A stretch of 64,000 nt of DNA from Octopus sinensis (Eukaryota). The stretch covers positions 25,792,001 through 25,856,000 of the forward strand of contig NC_043000.1 in NCBI RefSeq assembly GCF_006345805.1, given 5' to 3'. Every line of letters starts with the position of its first letter. Positions within the stretch are counted from its first letter, which is position 1. This document shows, in pieces, positions 24,965-37,002 of this stretch. The position numbers were made by a program, and so were the translations under genes. The notes under the pieces were generated by a model. It saw nothing but the letters and a program-made list of their open reading frames with translations. It was not told the origin of the DNA and searched no databases.

Positions 24965-25380
24965 GGCATAGGAGTGGCTGTGTGGTGAGTAGCTTGCTTA
25001 TGAACCACATGGTTCCAGGTTCAGTCCCACTGAGTGGCACCTTGAGCAAGTGTTTTCTACTATAGCCTCGGGCCGACCAAAGCCTTGTGAGTGGATTTGG
25101 TAGACGGAAACTGAAAGAAGCCCGTCGTATATATGTTTCTATATATAATATATATATATGTATGTGTGTGCGTGTATGTTTGTGTGTCCGTGTTTGTCTC
25201 CCCAACATCGCTTGACAACCGATGCTGGTGTGTTTACGTCCCCGTCACTTAGCGTTTCGACAAAAGAAACCAATAGAATAAGTACTAGGCTTACAAAGAA
25301 TAAGTCCTGGGGTCGATTTGCTTGACTAAAGGCGGTGCTCCAGCATGGCCACAGTCAAATGACTGAAACAAGTAAAAGAG
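24965..25380 (+). mobile_element. Complete tRNA-derived SINE family A
   Basis: A box TGGCTGTGTGG, B box GGTTCAGTCCC, conserved body, GTAAAAGAG tail. Confidence 0.9.
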
Positions 25381-25384
25381 TATA

Positions 25385-25606
25385 TGAGAAAGTGCTGAAA
25401 AGTTCATTACCTTTGGATAAAAGAAAATACACGAGGATAAAATAATTATGATTTCATTCAATAAATTCCCCTCTCAGATTCATACACTTATTGCAGCAGT
25501 CCTTCAGTTTTTCTAAGCTCTGTGAAAGAACTTAGATCTTGGGCCCCCAATCAGGCCTTTTGTGATATGATACCATTAAAGCAAGGAACTTTGCAGCACC
25601 TTCTCA
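25385..25606. mobile_element. Mariner-derived MITE, 222 bp
   Basis: TIRs TGAGAAAGTGCTGAAAAGTTC / GAACTTTGCAGCACCTTCTCA with TA on both sides; related one-ended copy at about 43092-43283. Confidence 0.75.
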
Positions 25607-25895
25607 TATTTTTATTATCAAATATTATTAGGAAATTTTTCTTTTATGTTTTTCTTTTACTTGTTTCAGTCATTTGACTGTGGCCATGCTAGAGCATGGC
25701 CTTTAGTCGAACAAGTCGACCCCGTGACTTATTCCTTGTAAGCCTGGTACTTATTCTATCGGTCTCTTTAGCCAAACCACTAAGTTACAGGGACATAAAC
25801 ACACCAACATTGGTTGTCAAGCGATGTTAGGGGAACAAACACAGACACACAAACATATACACACATATATATAATATATATATATATATATATAA

Positions 25896-25926
<31 letters not shown>

Positions 25927-25956
25927 TATATATAATATATATAATATATATATATA

Positions 25957-26890
25957 TCATCATCATCATCATCATTTAACGTCCGTTTTCCATGTAGCAT
26001 TGGTTGGACGGTTTGACTGGGGTCTGGGAAGCCAGGAGGCTGCACCAGGCTCCAGTTTGATCTGGCAGTGTTTCTGCAGCTGGATACCCTTCCTAATGCC
26101 AACGACTTCATGAGTGTAGTGGGTGCTTTTTACGTGCCACCGGCACAGGTGCCAATGTGGGCTGGCAATGGCCATGATCGGTTGGTGCTTTTTATGTGCC
26201 ACCGCACGGAAGCCAGTCAAGGCAGTGCTGGCATCGGCCACGTTCAGATGGTGCTTTTTACCTGCCACTAGCACAGGTATCACAACTACAATTTCCATTT
26301 GGTTTTTTGATGTTGATGTACATGACTCAATAGGTCTCCTCAAGTACAGCAGGTCACCCTACAATCCAAGGTAAGCATAGCAGGCCATCCTGAAATCCAA
26401 GGTACTTTGGATGGGCTGGGGCTTCTATGTGAAGCTGGTGCAGGAAACAGCCATGAACTCACGTTATTTGTCGGGTCTTCACAGTCACAGCATATCTCCA
26501 AAGATCTCGGTCTTTCATCATTGCCTCTGTGAGAGCCAACGTTCAAAGGTCATGCTTGACCACCTCATCCCATGTCTTCCTGGGTCTACCTCTACCCCAA
26601 ATTCCTTCAACTGTTTGGGAGTGGCACTTCTTCACACATCTCTCCTCATCCATCCGTAGTACATAACCATACCAGTGCAGAAGTCTCTCTTGCACGCAAC
26701 ATTCAATGCTTCTTATGTCCAGCATTTTCCTTTGATATTGCTGCACCTCTTATGTGTCCATAGCTTACACTGGGTACATCTTATGGAGTTTCTACCTACA
26801 CTTTTTCTACAGATCAAGCTGGGCCACCTATCTGAAGGGTGTGTGATGAGTTTGCCTTTCTACTTACTAGAACTTTGGTCTTTGCTACAT
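25957..26890 (-). mobile_element. RTE 3' fragment with an internal deletion
   Basis: Encodes WYGYVLRMDEERCVKK...GRGRPRKTWDEVVKHDL joined directly to the HKRCSNIKG segment; full 3' UTR and (CAT)n tail. Confidence 0.8.
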
Positions 26891-27517
26891 TGACTTTCTC
26901 TCTCTCTCTATATATATATATATGATGGGCTTCATTCAGTTTCTGTCTACCAAATCCACTCACAAGGTCCGAGGCTATAGTAGAAGATGCTTGTCCAAGG
27001 TGCCATGTAGTGGGACTGAACCTGGAACCATATGATTGAGAAGCTGTTAAATATTTTGTGTATTCCTCTTTGTGTGTATATATATGTTCTTTTATTCTTT
27101 TATTATTAGTGCACCAATTGATTGATAAATATTCAAGTGCCTGTTTTTCTTCACTTATGGATTATTATTTAGATGATAGACAGACAGACAGACAGGGTAA
27201 GGAGAGAAAAGAGAGAGAGGGAACAGTTTGGCAAAAAGAGATTTATACAGTAAGTACTGGGGGGGGGGTGATTTGTTCAACTTAAATTCTTCAAGGTGGT
27301 GCCTCAGTAAAGCCACAGTCTAATGACTGAAACAAGTAAAAGATAGATAGATAGATAGATACATGGATAGATGGATGGATGGATGGACAAGGAGGTAGGG
27401 ACAGACAGGCAGGCAGAGAGAGGCAAAGAGAGACAGAGAGACACAGAGAAAGAAAAGGAAGGGAGGATAGTTAGACACAGAAAGAAAAAGAGAGGAAAGA
27501 AGCTTAGTAGTTGCGTT

Positions 27518-27667
27518 GAAGAAGAAGAAGAAGAAGAAGAAGAAGAAGAAGAAGAAGAAGAAGAAGAAGAAGAAGAAGAAGAAGAAGAAGAAGAAGAAGA
27601 AGAAGAAGAAGAAGAAGAAGAAGAAGAAGAAGAAGAAGAAGAAGAAGAAGAAGAAGAAGAAGAAGAA
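27518..27667 (+). repeat. (GAA)50 perfect microsatellite
   Basis: Uninterrupted GAA tract of 150 bp. Confidence 0.95.
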
Positions 27668-29055
27668 GATAAGTGCAAATGTAAATTAGAATGTGAAACC
27701 AAATATCAATTTGTGTATATCAAGTAATTTTATAGAATTATTTTCAAGATGTCAGTACAGATTTGATGGGTTTTCTTTCTCTAATAATCCGTCTTGGTGA
27801 TTAAGGTGACATTTCCTGCTTTGGAATCATTTATGCTTGTTCTTTCAATTAAATTACTTTTTTGGCTTCTGATTTGGAATCCACGAAGATAAACATAGAG
27901 AGAGACAGATAAATAGAGAGAAAGGCAAAAAAAAAAAAAAGAAAAAACAGATATATTGAAAGAAAAAATATAAGATAGGTAGAAAGAAAAATAAAAAAGA
28001 GAGACAGAAAGAAGAAAAGAAGGATCAAATTAAGCAGAAATAAACTGAAGAAGAGAAAGAGAATGAAAGCTTGAAGGAATTAATACGCAAATAGAAAAAT
28101 TGGGAGAAATAAAGAAAAACAAAATGTGTGCACGCGTACACCTCATATGTATGTATACATGAAAATACAAGCACACGTACATAGGTAAGTGTTTTTAGCT
28201 TAAATGGGTGAGTTTTATAAGTGTATATATATATATATATATTCATCATCATCATCATTTAACGTCTGCTTTCCAGGCTAGCATGGGTTGGACGATTTTG
28301 ACTGAGGGCTGGCGAACCAGATGGCTACAGCAGGCTCCAATCTTGATTTGGCAGAGTTTCTACAGCTGGATGCCCTTCCTAACGCCAACCACTCCAAATG
28401 TGTAGTGGGTGCTTTTTATATGCCACCGGCATGGGGGCCAGTCTGGCGGTACTGGCAACGACCTTGCTCGAATCTTGTTACATATGCCACCGGCATATGT
28501 AAAAAGTTAGCCGCTCTGGCAGAGATCACACTCTTAGCACCCTACTAGCACGGGCACAAGTGCCAGTAAGGCGACACTGGTAACAATCACACTTGAATAG
28601 TGCCTTTTTTGTGCCACTGGCACGGAAGCTGGTTGTATATATATATATTCTTTTATTCTTTTATTCTTTTACTTGTTTCAGTTATTTGATTGCGGCCATG
28701 CTGGAGCACTGCCTTTAGTCAAATGAATCAACCTCAGGACTTATTCTTTGTAAGCCTAGTAAATATTCTATCGGTCTCTTTTGCCAAGCTGCTAAGTTAT
28801 GGGGACATAAACATGGCAACATTGTTGTCAAGTGATGGTGGGGAGGGGACAAACACAGACACACAAACATATACTTCTTTCAGTTTCCGTCTACCAAATC
28901 CACTCGCAAGACTTTGCTCGGCCCAAGGGTATAATAGAAGACACTTCTTCAAGGTTTCAGGCAGAAGGACTGAACCCAGAACCATGTGGTTGGGAAGCAA
29001 GCTTCTTACCACACAGTCACATCTGTGCCTATGTGTGTGTGTGTGCATGTGTGTG

Positions 29056-29102
<47 letters not shown>

Positions 29103-29135
29103 ATGTATGAATGTATGTATGTATATATGTATGTA

Positions 29136-29171
<36 letters not shown>

Positions 29172-29180
<9 letters not shown>

Positions 29181-29609
29181 ATTGGTGAATTGAAGAATGG
29201 AGCTGAACGCAGATTGAACAGAAATCGTTTTATTTCATTCTACACGTGTTTCGAAAGGCACAAATTACCAAAATCCGATTGAATAATGGGACCATATTGT
29301 GTCTTTCTCTTCAGGAAGAAAAGGAAATCCGTTAGAGAAACAAAAACAGAACAGAGGCGGAGCAAAAACCAATCGAACTATCGGGCTCTTAGGAGCATAG
29401 TTCGATTTGGTTTTGCTCCGCCTCTGTTCTGTTTTTGTTTCTCTAACGGATTTCCTTTTTTCTTCCTGAAGAGAAAGACACAATATGGTCCCATTATTCA
29501 ATCGGATTTTGGTAATTTGTGCCTTTCGAAACACGTGTAGAATGAAATAAAACGATTTCTGTTCAATCTGCGTTCAGCTCCATTTCTTCAATTCACCAAT
29601 AATGTTTTA
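29172..29609. mobile_element. Palindrome of about 438 bp (inverted Penelope-type pseudo-LTR) with a hammerhead on each strand
   Basis: Arms of about 215 bp, centre near 29390; hammerheads at 29463-29542 (+) and 29238-29317 (-). Confidence 0.85.
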
Positions 29610-29782
29610 ATTTCAATTATCCGCACCAACGCACGGTTGCAACGCCAGATGGTTGTACCTCCAACCGTGCTGTTTACTGCTGTGATTTTTGCTACTAAGG
29701 TATCGGTTAACTTTTGATTAATCTACAACAAGATTATTCATCTTTCTATTTCACATATATATATATATATATATATATATTA

Positions 29783-30044
29783 TGGAGATGTACTTGCATA
29801 GCGAGTGACTTGAGTGTCAAAATATTTTTGTCGCTTTCAGAGCACAACCTGTTCACTGACAAAACTTCAGGACGCAGTCTCAAAGCAACGAAAATATTTT
29901 GATAAATTAAATTTAAATCTTGAAGTGAATCTAACGGTTTTTGTGTGTTTCTTAAATTGCTTATAAACACCTTCAACACTGCAATTGTTTTCGTTCCAGC
30001 ACACGATCTCAGATCAAGTCACTCGCTATGCAAGTACATCTCCG
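29783..30044. mobile_element. Tc1/mariner-type MITE, 262 bp
   Basis: 31-bp TIRs (T/C)GGAGATGTACTTGCATAGCGAGTGACTTGA with TA on both sides. Confidence 0.85.
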
Positions 30045-30359
30045 TAATTCTGAAAGCTTGAGCCAGGCTACCAAAACTCTGAGGAAAGCCATTACTTGTT
30101 GCTTGAGAAAAATAATTGCTAAACAACAGCTTCATTTCAAATATATATATATATATATCAAAATTCAAGGAGGGAGAGAAAACAGATTAGTTTAGCATCC
30201 TCCTAGTCCAGCCAATACATGCTGGTGGCACATAAAATACATCATCCAAACATGGTTGATGCCAGTGTCCCCTGACTGGCTCCCATACCAGCGGCATGTA
30301 AAAAGCACCATCTGAAAAATAATAATAATGATGATGATGATAATAATAATAATAACATC

Positions 30360-30500
30360 GAAAGATACCATAGGAATGAGAACCCAGGTTCGAAATTTCC
30401 CCAAGACACCTGATGAAGGCTGGAGGGTATATTAGCCGAAACATTGTGTTAACATCAAACAAGATGAGGACAAATATCCGTCGAATGTAAATAATGTAGA
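30360..30500 (+). mobile_element. Penelope-like terminal fragment with a decayed hammerhead (30406-30449)
   Basis: acac CTGATGA A GGCTG...TAGCC GAAAC ATT gtgt. Confidence 0.55.
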
Positions 30501-30803
30501 TAATGTAGAAGAATCTTCCTCTTCAATTGTAATAATTGAAAGCAAGCAATATTTATTCCAACTACCATATTTGGGAATTAAGAAGAAAGAAAGGAAAACA
30601 GAACAGAAACCAGAAAATGTCAAATAAACTATTTAATTAAAAATTCCATACAGAAAAAAAAATTATAGGAATTGATTTTCGAAATAACAAAAAACATTTG
30701 CCAAGTCAACGTGTAATAGTTGAAGTAGGAAAAAGAAATTCAATTTGATTCTCTTTCATCTCCTTCGTTAATTAGTGTGCAATTTCATATCTTGTTTCGT
30801 TAC

Positions 30804-30898
30804 TGTTTGAAGTTGGAGTTCTGGGAGACTTTGTGGCACAAGATAATTTCTCTGTGAGTGAAGTGCATGACCCAGTTTCAAAGGTTTCTTGGGACCAA
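30804..30898 (-). other. Candidate 95-nt exon
   Basis: acttgattttag|...|gtaacg; two open frames (e.g. WSQETFETGSCTSLTEKLSCATKSPRTPTSN); product not recognised. Confidence 0.2.
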
Positions 30899-31450
30899 CT
30901 AAAATCAAGTCACTAATGGATTTAAGAAATGTTCTTTTTTACTCTAAGTACAAGGCCCAAAATTTTTGGGGAGGGGGGGCAGTTGATTAGATCAACCCCC
31001 AGTATGCAACTGGTACTTAATTTATCGACCCCGAAAGGATGAAGGGCAAAGTCGACCTCGGCAAAAGAATTTAAGAAATATTATCATTCTAACGACTTTT
31101 CCAATGACATATTCCCTCAGATATTTCAAATCTGGGAAATTGATGCAAGCATGATTGTATTAGTTTAAGAAAATTGATGGCCATCTGGTTGAAAAGTGGT
31201 TGGTGATAGGAAGAGCATCAGTCTGTAGAATCCAAGCCAAATGATGCATATGAGCAGTAGTTTATGGGAGCAGAAGATTCTAAGAAATTACTCTGATTGT
31301 GACACTCCATCAAACCCATGGAAAGTGGATGTAAAATGGTGGTGGTGGTGGTGCTGGTGCTGGTGGTGGTGGTGGTGGTGCTGGTGGTGGTGGTGCTGGT
31401 GCTGGTGGTGCTGGTGGTGGTGGTGGTGGTGGTGGTGGTGGTGGTGGTGG

Positions 31451-31482
<32 letters not shown>

Positions 31483-31928
31483 GTGGTCGTGAGGAGAGAG
31501 AGAAATTCAAGGTGATGGACAACATCATTGTTTGTAGTTGTTTCCATTACCTTGGAGATGTTAGAAGTCAGTACGAGAGAGAAAATGTTGTTTGGGTTGA
31601 AGGAGTTACCTTTCTTTGGAATGGGTCACATGGAAGCATGCTACCAAATGTCAGGCATAATTCTTGTAGAGAGGGAGAGATTAAAGAGTTTGATACATAC
31701 AGAAGCAAGCTCTGGGATGCAATGTTTAAGTATAATGGAAGTAAGTCAGCTTTTAAAATAGATTAGCCAAAAGAAGTTTGCTTGCCAGTCACATGATGGC
31801 AGGTTCAGTCCAACTGTGTGGTAGCTTGGTAAAGTGTCTTCTGCTATCACCTTGGGCCGACCAAAGCCTTGTGAGTGGTTTCGGTTGACAGAAACTGAAA
31901 GAAGCCTGTCATATATGTATATATCTAC

Positions 31929-32679
31929 TGTGGAGGAAGGATGAGAAACCAGAAAGGAGAGGCAGTGACATCATGTCAAGGGATTGGAAGAGAGAGGAAG
32001 TGACAGCATACCAAGGTATTGGAAGGGAGAAGTAACATCATATCAAGGGCCTGGAAGGGAGAGGAAGTGATGCCATATCAAGGGACTGGAAGGGGGAGGA
32101 AGTGATGTCATATCAAGGGACTGGAAGGGAGAAGTGACGTTACGTCAAGGGACCGGACGGGAGCAGAAATGATGTCATGTCAAGGGACTGGAAGGGAGAG
32201 GAAGTGACATCATGTCAAGGTACCGGAAGGGAGAAGTGACATTATGTCAAGGGACCGAATGGGAATGGAAGTGACGTCATGTCAAGGGACTGGAAAGGAG
32301 AAGTGACATTACATCAAGGGACCAGAAGGGAGTGGAAGAGATGTCATGTCAAGGGACTGGAAGGGAGAGGAAGTGACATCATGTCAAGGGACCAGAAGGA
32401 AGAGGAAGTGACATGTTAAGAAGCAGTAGGTTCAAAACAGCGTCTTTCTTACCGGTGTGTTGAGGGACAGACATGAATTGGGAGTGGCCATAGTAGTTCT
32501 TTCTAGGCAGAGATTGGGCAGAGCTCACATATCGATACAACTGTGAGGTTTTGCTTGTTTCCTGTGACCTGACACTTGGAAGGACTGTTGCCAATTGCAC
32601 CTCAAGGTAAGAGTAACCTTTATTTGTGTCTTACACCTGTATCTATTTATGTCTTTGCGTCTGGGTTTGTCCTCCATCA
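31929..32679. mobile_element. Probable solo LTR, 751 bp
   Basis: TGTGGAGGA...TCCTCCATCA inverted termini (TG...CA); flanks CTAC / CTGC resemble a 4-bp TSD with one mismatch. Confidence 0.55.
31955..32415. repeat. Minisatellite of 35- and 32-bp units inside the solo LTR
   Basis: 13 CAAGG anchors from 31977 to 32385; spacings 35,32,35,35,32,35,35,32,35,32,35,35. Confidence 0.9.
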
Positions 32680-32864
32680 CTGCTTGATGTCTGATGGTGA
32701 TGAGTTTATGTAGTTTGGCAAAAGAGCCTGGAAGAATAACTATCAGGCTTTAAAAAAAAGGTACTGAGATTGATTTGTTCAAGTAAAATTCTTCAAGTTG
32801 GTGCCCCAGCATGTCCACAATCTAATAACAGAAACAAATAAAAGATAAAATAGCCAAGTGCAAA

Positions 32865-33650
32865 TCTATTATATAAAATCCATTCTGTCTATCTGTGTGT
32901 GTGTCTTCTAGGATCTCAGGCATCCTCCATCTGATTGCACTCAAATTTGATATGTAGATACTGATGGTATCAAGGCATGTATAAGCCTTGAAAAAATTAC
33001 AAGAATCGATTCCAGGTGAGAATGCGATTGATAAAGCCGTGGGAATGTGCATTTGTAAAATCGTTTTTCTTGGAATAGAAAAAAGTCTATCTTTATTTCT
33101 TCTTTTGCTGGTGTCTCAAATTTAGGTGAAATCAGTGTTTCTCAAAGGGGAGGCCTATGAGATGGTCAGACAAGTTGTTTTGAGAAAATTTGGTTTAAAT
33201 GTTTGACAAGTCAGCATCATCCATTGGATGGAGGGGTGTTTTGCTCGTCCTATTATATATCTGAGTGATGTTTCTCTGTCCAGTACGTTTTTATGTTCAT
33301 TAACTCCTCCCAGACCGTTGGTGCAAGGACAATGAAACTCAGACCAGCAACTCCCCTAATCCCATGGAATGTCCTATTTTTTTCAGGGCTGCCTAATTGA
33401 GACCCCACTAACTCCCCTGATTTTACTACATTTTAAACTAAATACATGGCATTGGTGACCAAACTGGAGCAATGACAATGAATTTCATACCATGAACTCC
33501 CAGAGAGTATCATAAGGAAGTTCAATTTCTGAAGGATTGTTTAAATGGGATCCCACTAACTCCTGCCCTATTTTTATTGCATTTACCTCGCTCGTGTAGG
33601 GAGTTTTGAATGGGGTATCGCATAATTAATACCAGGTAATACATATACAA
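32865..33650 (+). mobile_element. Decayed Helitron-like element
   Basis: A|TCTATTATATAAAA 5' end followed by TCTGTGTGTG; no intact CTAG 3' end found. Confidence 0.35.
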
Positions 33651-33908
33651 TGAATGTGTCTGAGTCTATTACGTTACATGAGGGTAGAGGGCCATAAAGG
33701 GTCCTGCTAGCGGTGCTGAAGGCCACGAAGGTACCCTCCACAGGAGCCAGCCTGAATTCCACTGGAAGGGCAGCTTCAAGGCTAGTTGAAAATAGAATTA
33801 TCCATTGAGTGAAGTGAGGAAGAATACTATCATGAAGGAAGTAAATAAGAGTTTAGGAAAAACAATCTTCTGCAATTTTTGCACTTGCTTACTTCTTTTA
33901 ATTTCAAG

Positions 33909-33970
33909 ACTTAACTGAAGAATTACCTGATGGAATAAACAATGTTTGGTTAAATGGCGAAAGTTATTAG
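33909..33970 (+). CDS. Candidate terminal coding exon, (D)LTEELPDGINNVWLNGESY*
   Basis: Pyrimidine-rich acceptor gcttacttcttttaatttcaag|, protein-like frame to TAG, T-rich 3' UTR-like sequence downstream (34860-35090). Protein not recognised. Confidence 0.3.
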
Positions 33971-34086
33971 AATCTGGTTTATGTCATTTTAAGAACTGCT
34001 TATATTATTGCCACTTTTACTAACTTGCTGTACCTGAATGTAATTACCAATTCTCTGGAAGTACATTAATTTATATTGGTATCTCC

Positions 34087-34123
<37 letters not shown>

Positions 34124-34220
34124 CTCTCACACACACACATATGCACATATAAATATATTATATATATATATATATGCATATATGTGTGTGTGGCTCTGTG
34201 TGTATACATACATACATACA

Positions 34221-34271
<51 letters not shown>

Positions 34272-35664
34272 CGACATGTGTGTGTGCACGTCTGTGTGTG
34301 TGCGTATGTGTGTGTGCGTATGTGTGTGTGTGTGGTGTGTGTGTGTGTGTGTGTGCCGACATACATTTGTAACTGTGATGCACTGTTAATGATGGATGGA
34401 TGGATAGACAGACAGACAGACAGCCAGACAGACAGCCAGATAGATGGATAGATGGATAGAAGGAGAGAGAGAGAAAAAGAGAAAGAGAGAAAGGTGGATA
34501 GATAGATAGATAGATAGATAGAATGGGAGAAAGAGAGACAAAGAGAGATATAGAAAGTGAGAGGGGATAGTATTATAGAGCCATAAACCTGTCCTTATAT
34601 ATCTTTGAGACTTGAAGGCATCGGATTCCACCACAGACCAAGTTGTTGTTTAGCAATTATTTCAAGACAAAATATAAACTGACTTTCATGGTTCTCGTTT
34701 TCTCTTTCCACATCAATTTAATCCCGCTTACCATTTTTTCATTCCTTAAACAAAAAACTAACTTATGCCAACAAAAATAAAATCTCACTCCAAGTCTTTA
34801 AACTGATCTGGGACACTTTTGTTGTCAACTAAAACATTTTTCAAAAAAAGTTTCTTTAACACAATTTTGTTTTACCATTCTGAATGGATCTTGTGTTTGT
34901 ATTTCTGGGTTTTTTTGGGTTTTTTGCATTGTTATTACACTTTTTATTTCTTGCTTTGTTTTATTGTGCTTTTTTGTTTTTATTTTTTTGTTTTGTTTTT
35001 ATGTATTGTATCTCGACTTATGTGTTGTAAGTTATGTGTGTCACAAATTCTTTACAGTGTCTGCTACCATATTTTGTTTAAAATAATGAAAAAAAAAAGA
35101 AAAAAGGGAGAGAGAGAAGGAAGAAAGAAAGAAAGAAAAAACAATCGGGGTGGGGGACAAACACTGACAATAAAGTGCAAATTGTAAATGAAGAACTCAG
35201 CTTCCCCCTTCCTACCATAGTGTTACTTATTCCATAGAACCCCCAATTTTTTTAGTAGCACCAGTTCGTTATAGTAGCCCCCCACCCCCACCCAATAAAG
35301 CTCTCATTTATCTTTTTTGCTGACACAGACTAGCACGAGAGTCTCTTTGAATTCTTGTGATTATATTTCTATCTGGAAAGTCTGAGTCAAAACCAGAAAT
35401 GCACCACACACACACACACACACACACAAATACACACACAAATACACACACAGAGGTACTTGCACTTTCATGCATACACACATGCATACACATATGCACA
35501 CAAATACTTCCATTTAAGTCACTGACTTTTTTACCAAATTCTTCAATCTGCCTGTCGCCTACCAAAAAAAAAGTGCTACCACTACTATCATTTCTACATG
35601 GTAAGAAGCTTGTTTCCCAACCACATGGTTCTGGGTTCAGTCCCACTGCATAGCCCCTTGAGAC

Positions 35665-36025
35665 TATGCTGGATCAAAGATATAGCATGTCCAACTGACA
35701 ACAAGGTATGCAATAAGAAAGAAAGAAAAGTGGAGAGATATGATAGGTTAGCGTGGGAGGTTAAGCAGTTGTGGTCAATGGAAAAGGTGGCATTAGTACC
35801 AATAATTTTCGGAGCCCTGGGAACAGTGAGTAAAAATCTTGAAAACTACATGGAACAAATAGGGGCTGCAATAAGGGTGGAGCACCTGCAGAAAACAGCA
35901 GTGCTTGGAACCGCTCGAATACTCCAGGAGGTGCTAAAAAAATAAGAGGCGTTACCTTAGTTCACTGGTAGTGAACAGCTGACACTGTAGTACATCTCCA
36001 GCATTAGAAGCTGTGCAAAGGCAAT
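35665..36025 (+). mobile_element. REL-endonuclease LINE 3' end
   Basis: IKDIACPTDNKV...RYDRLAWEVKQLW...VPIIFGALGTV...LQKTAVLGTARIL; ends in (AAT)n. Confidence 0.8.
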
Positions 36026-36026
36026 G

Positions 36027-36067
<41 letters not shown>

Positions 36068-36068
<1 letters not shown>

Positions 36069-36510
36069 TTCTATCTCAGCGAAAGAGTTTGACAAGCTCA
36101 GAAAATATAAAGACCTACTCATTGAAATTGAGAAAATGTGGCATCTCAAGGCGGTTACAATACCAGTGATTGTAGGAGCACTAGGAATGATCAAGAAGGG
36201 AACTGAAAATTATATGAGAATGATCCCTGGCTTACCATCCCTGCAAAAAGTGCAAAAGATTGTCTTAACTGGTACATCACACGTATTGAGAAGAGCTTTG
36301 TCGATGTGAGAACTGTTGCTGCTCATGTATTTTAATTTAACTTAAAAAAAAAAAAAAAATGAACGAACTATTGAGTTTGGTTTAATGGCCTACCAATGTA
36401 TACTATGAGTTTCTTTGCCCTAGGAGTGGGGAAGACACTCGGCAAGAAATGGAAGCAAATTTGAAAAAAGAAAAAAAAGTAATAATAATGATAATAATAA
36501 TAATAATAAT
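36068..36510 (+). mobile_element. REL-endonuclease LINE 3' end inserted in (AAT)n
   Basis: KYKDLLIEIEKMW...IPVIVGALGMI...VQKIVLTGTSHVLRRALSM*; (AAT)n on both sides. Confidence 0.8.
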
Positions 36511-37002
36511 TTTTCAACTAGCAATAGTTCTTTTTATTGGAGGCACGAGGCCTCAAACTTGAGGAAGGGGATGAGTTGATTACATCAAACCCAGTGTTTA
36601 TCAACTCCGAAAGGATGAGAGGCAAAGTCAACCTCGGCGGAATTTGAACTCAGAATGTATAACAGGTGAAAAACCACTAAGCATTTCATCTGGTGTGCTA
36701 ACAATTCTGCCAGCTCACCGCCTTAATATAATAATGATGATGATGATCAATATCATGATCATGATGATGATGATGGTTTCAAATTTTGCCACAAGGGCAG
36801 CAATTATGGGGGAGGGGAGATGAGTCGATTACACTGACCGCCCCCCCCCCCTAAGTGTTCAACTGGTACTTATTTTATCGACCCCGAATGGATGAAAGGT
36901 AACGTCAACCTGAGTGGAATTTCAACTCAGATGTAGCGATGAGGGAAATACTACTAAGCATTTTGTTTAGCATGCTAACGATTCTGCCAACTCGCCACCT
37001 TA

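Noticed and set aside
27371-27727. ORF with a 50-residue poly-Glu tract
   Set aside because: Translation of the (GAA)50 microsatellite; no splice or domain support.
31955-32415. Regularly spaced palindromic repeats resembling a CRISPR array
   Set aside because: No unique spacers, units are contiguous, no cas genes, eukaryotic context.
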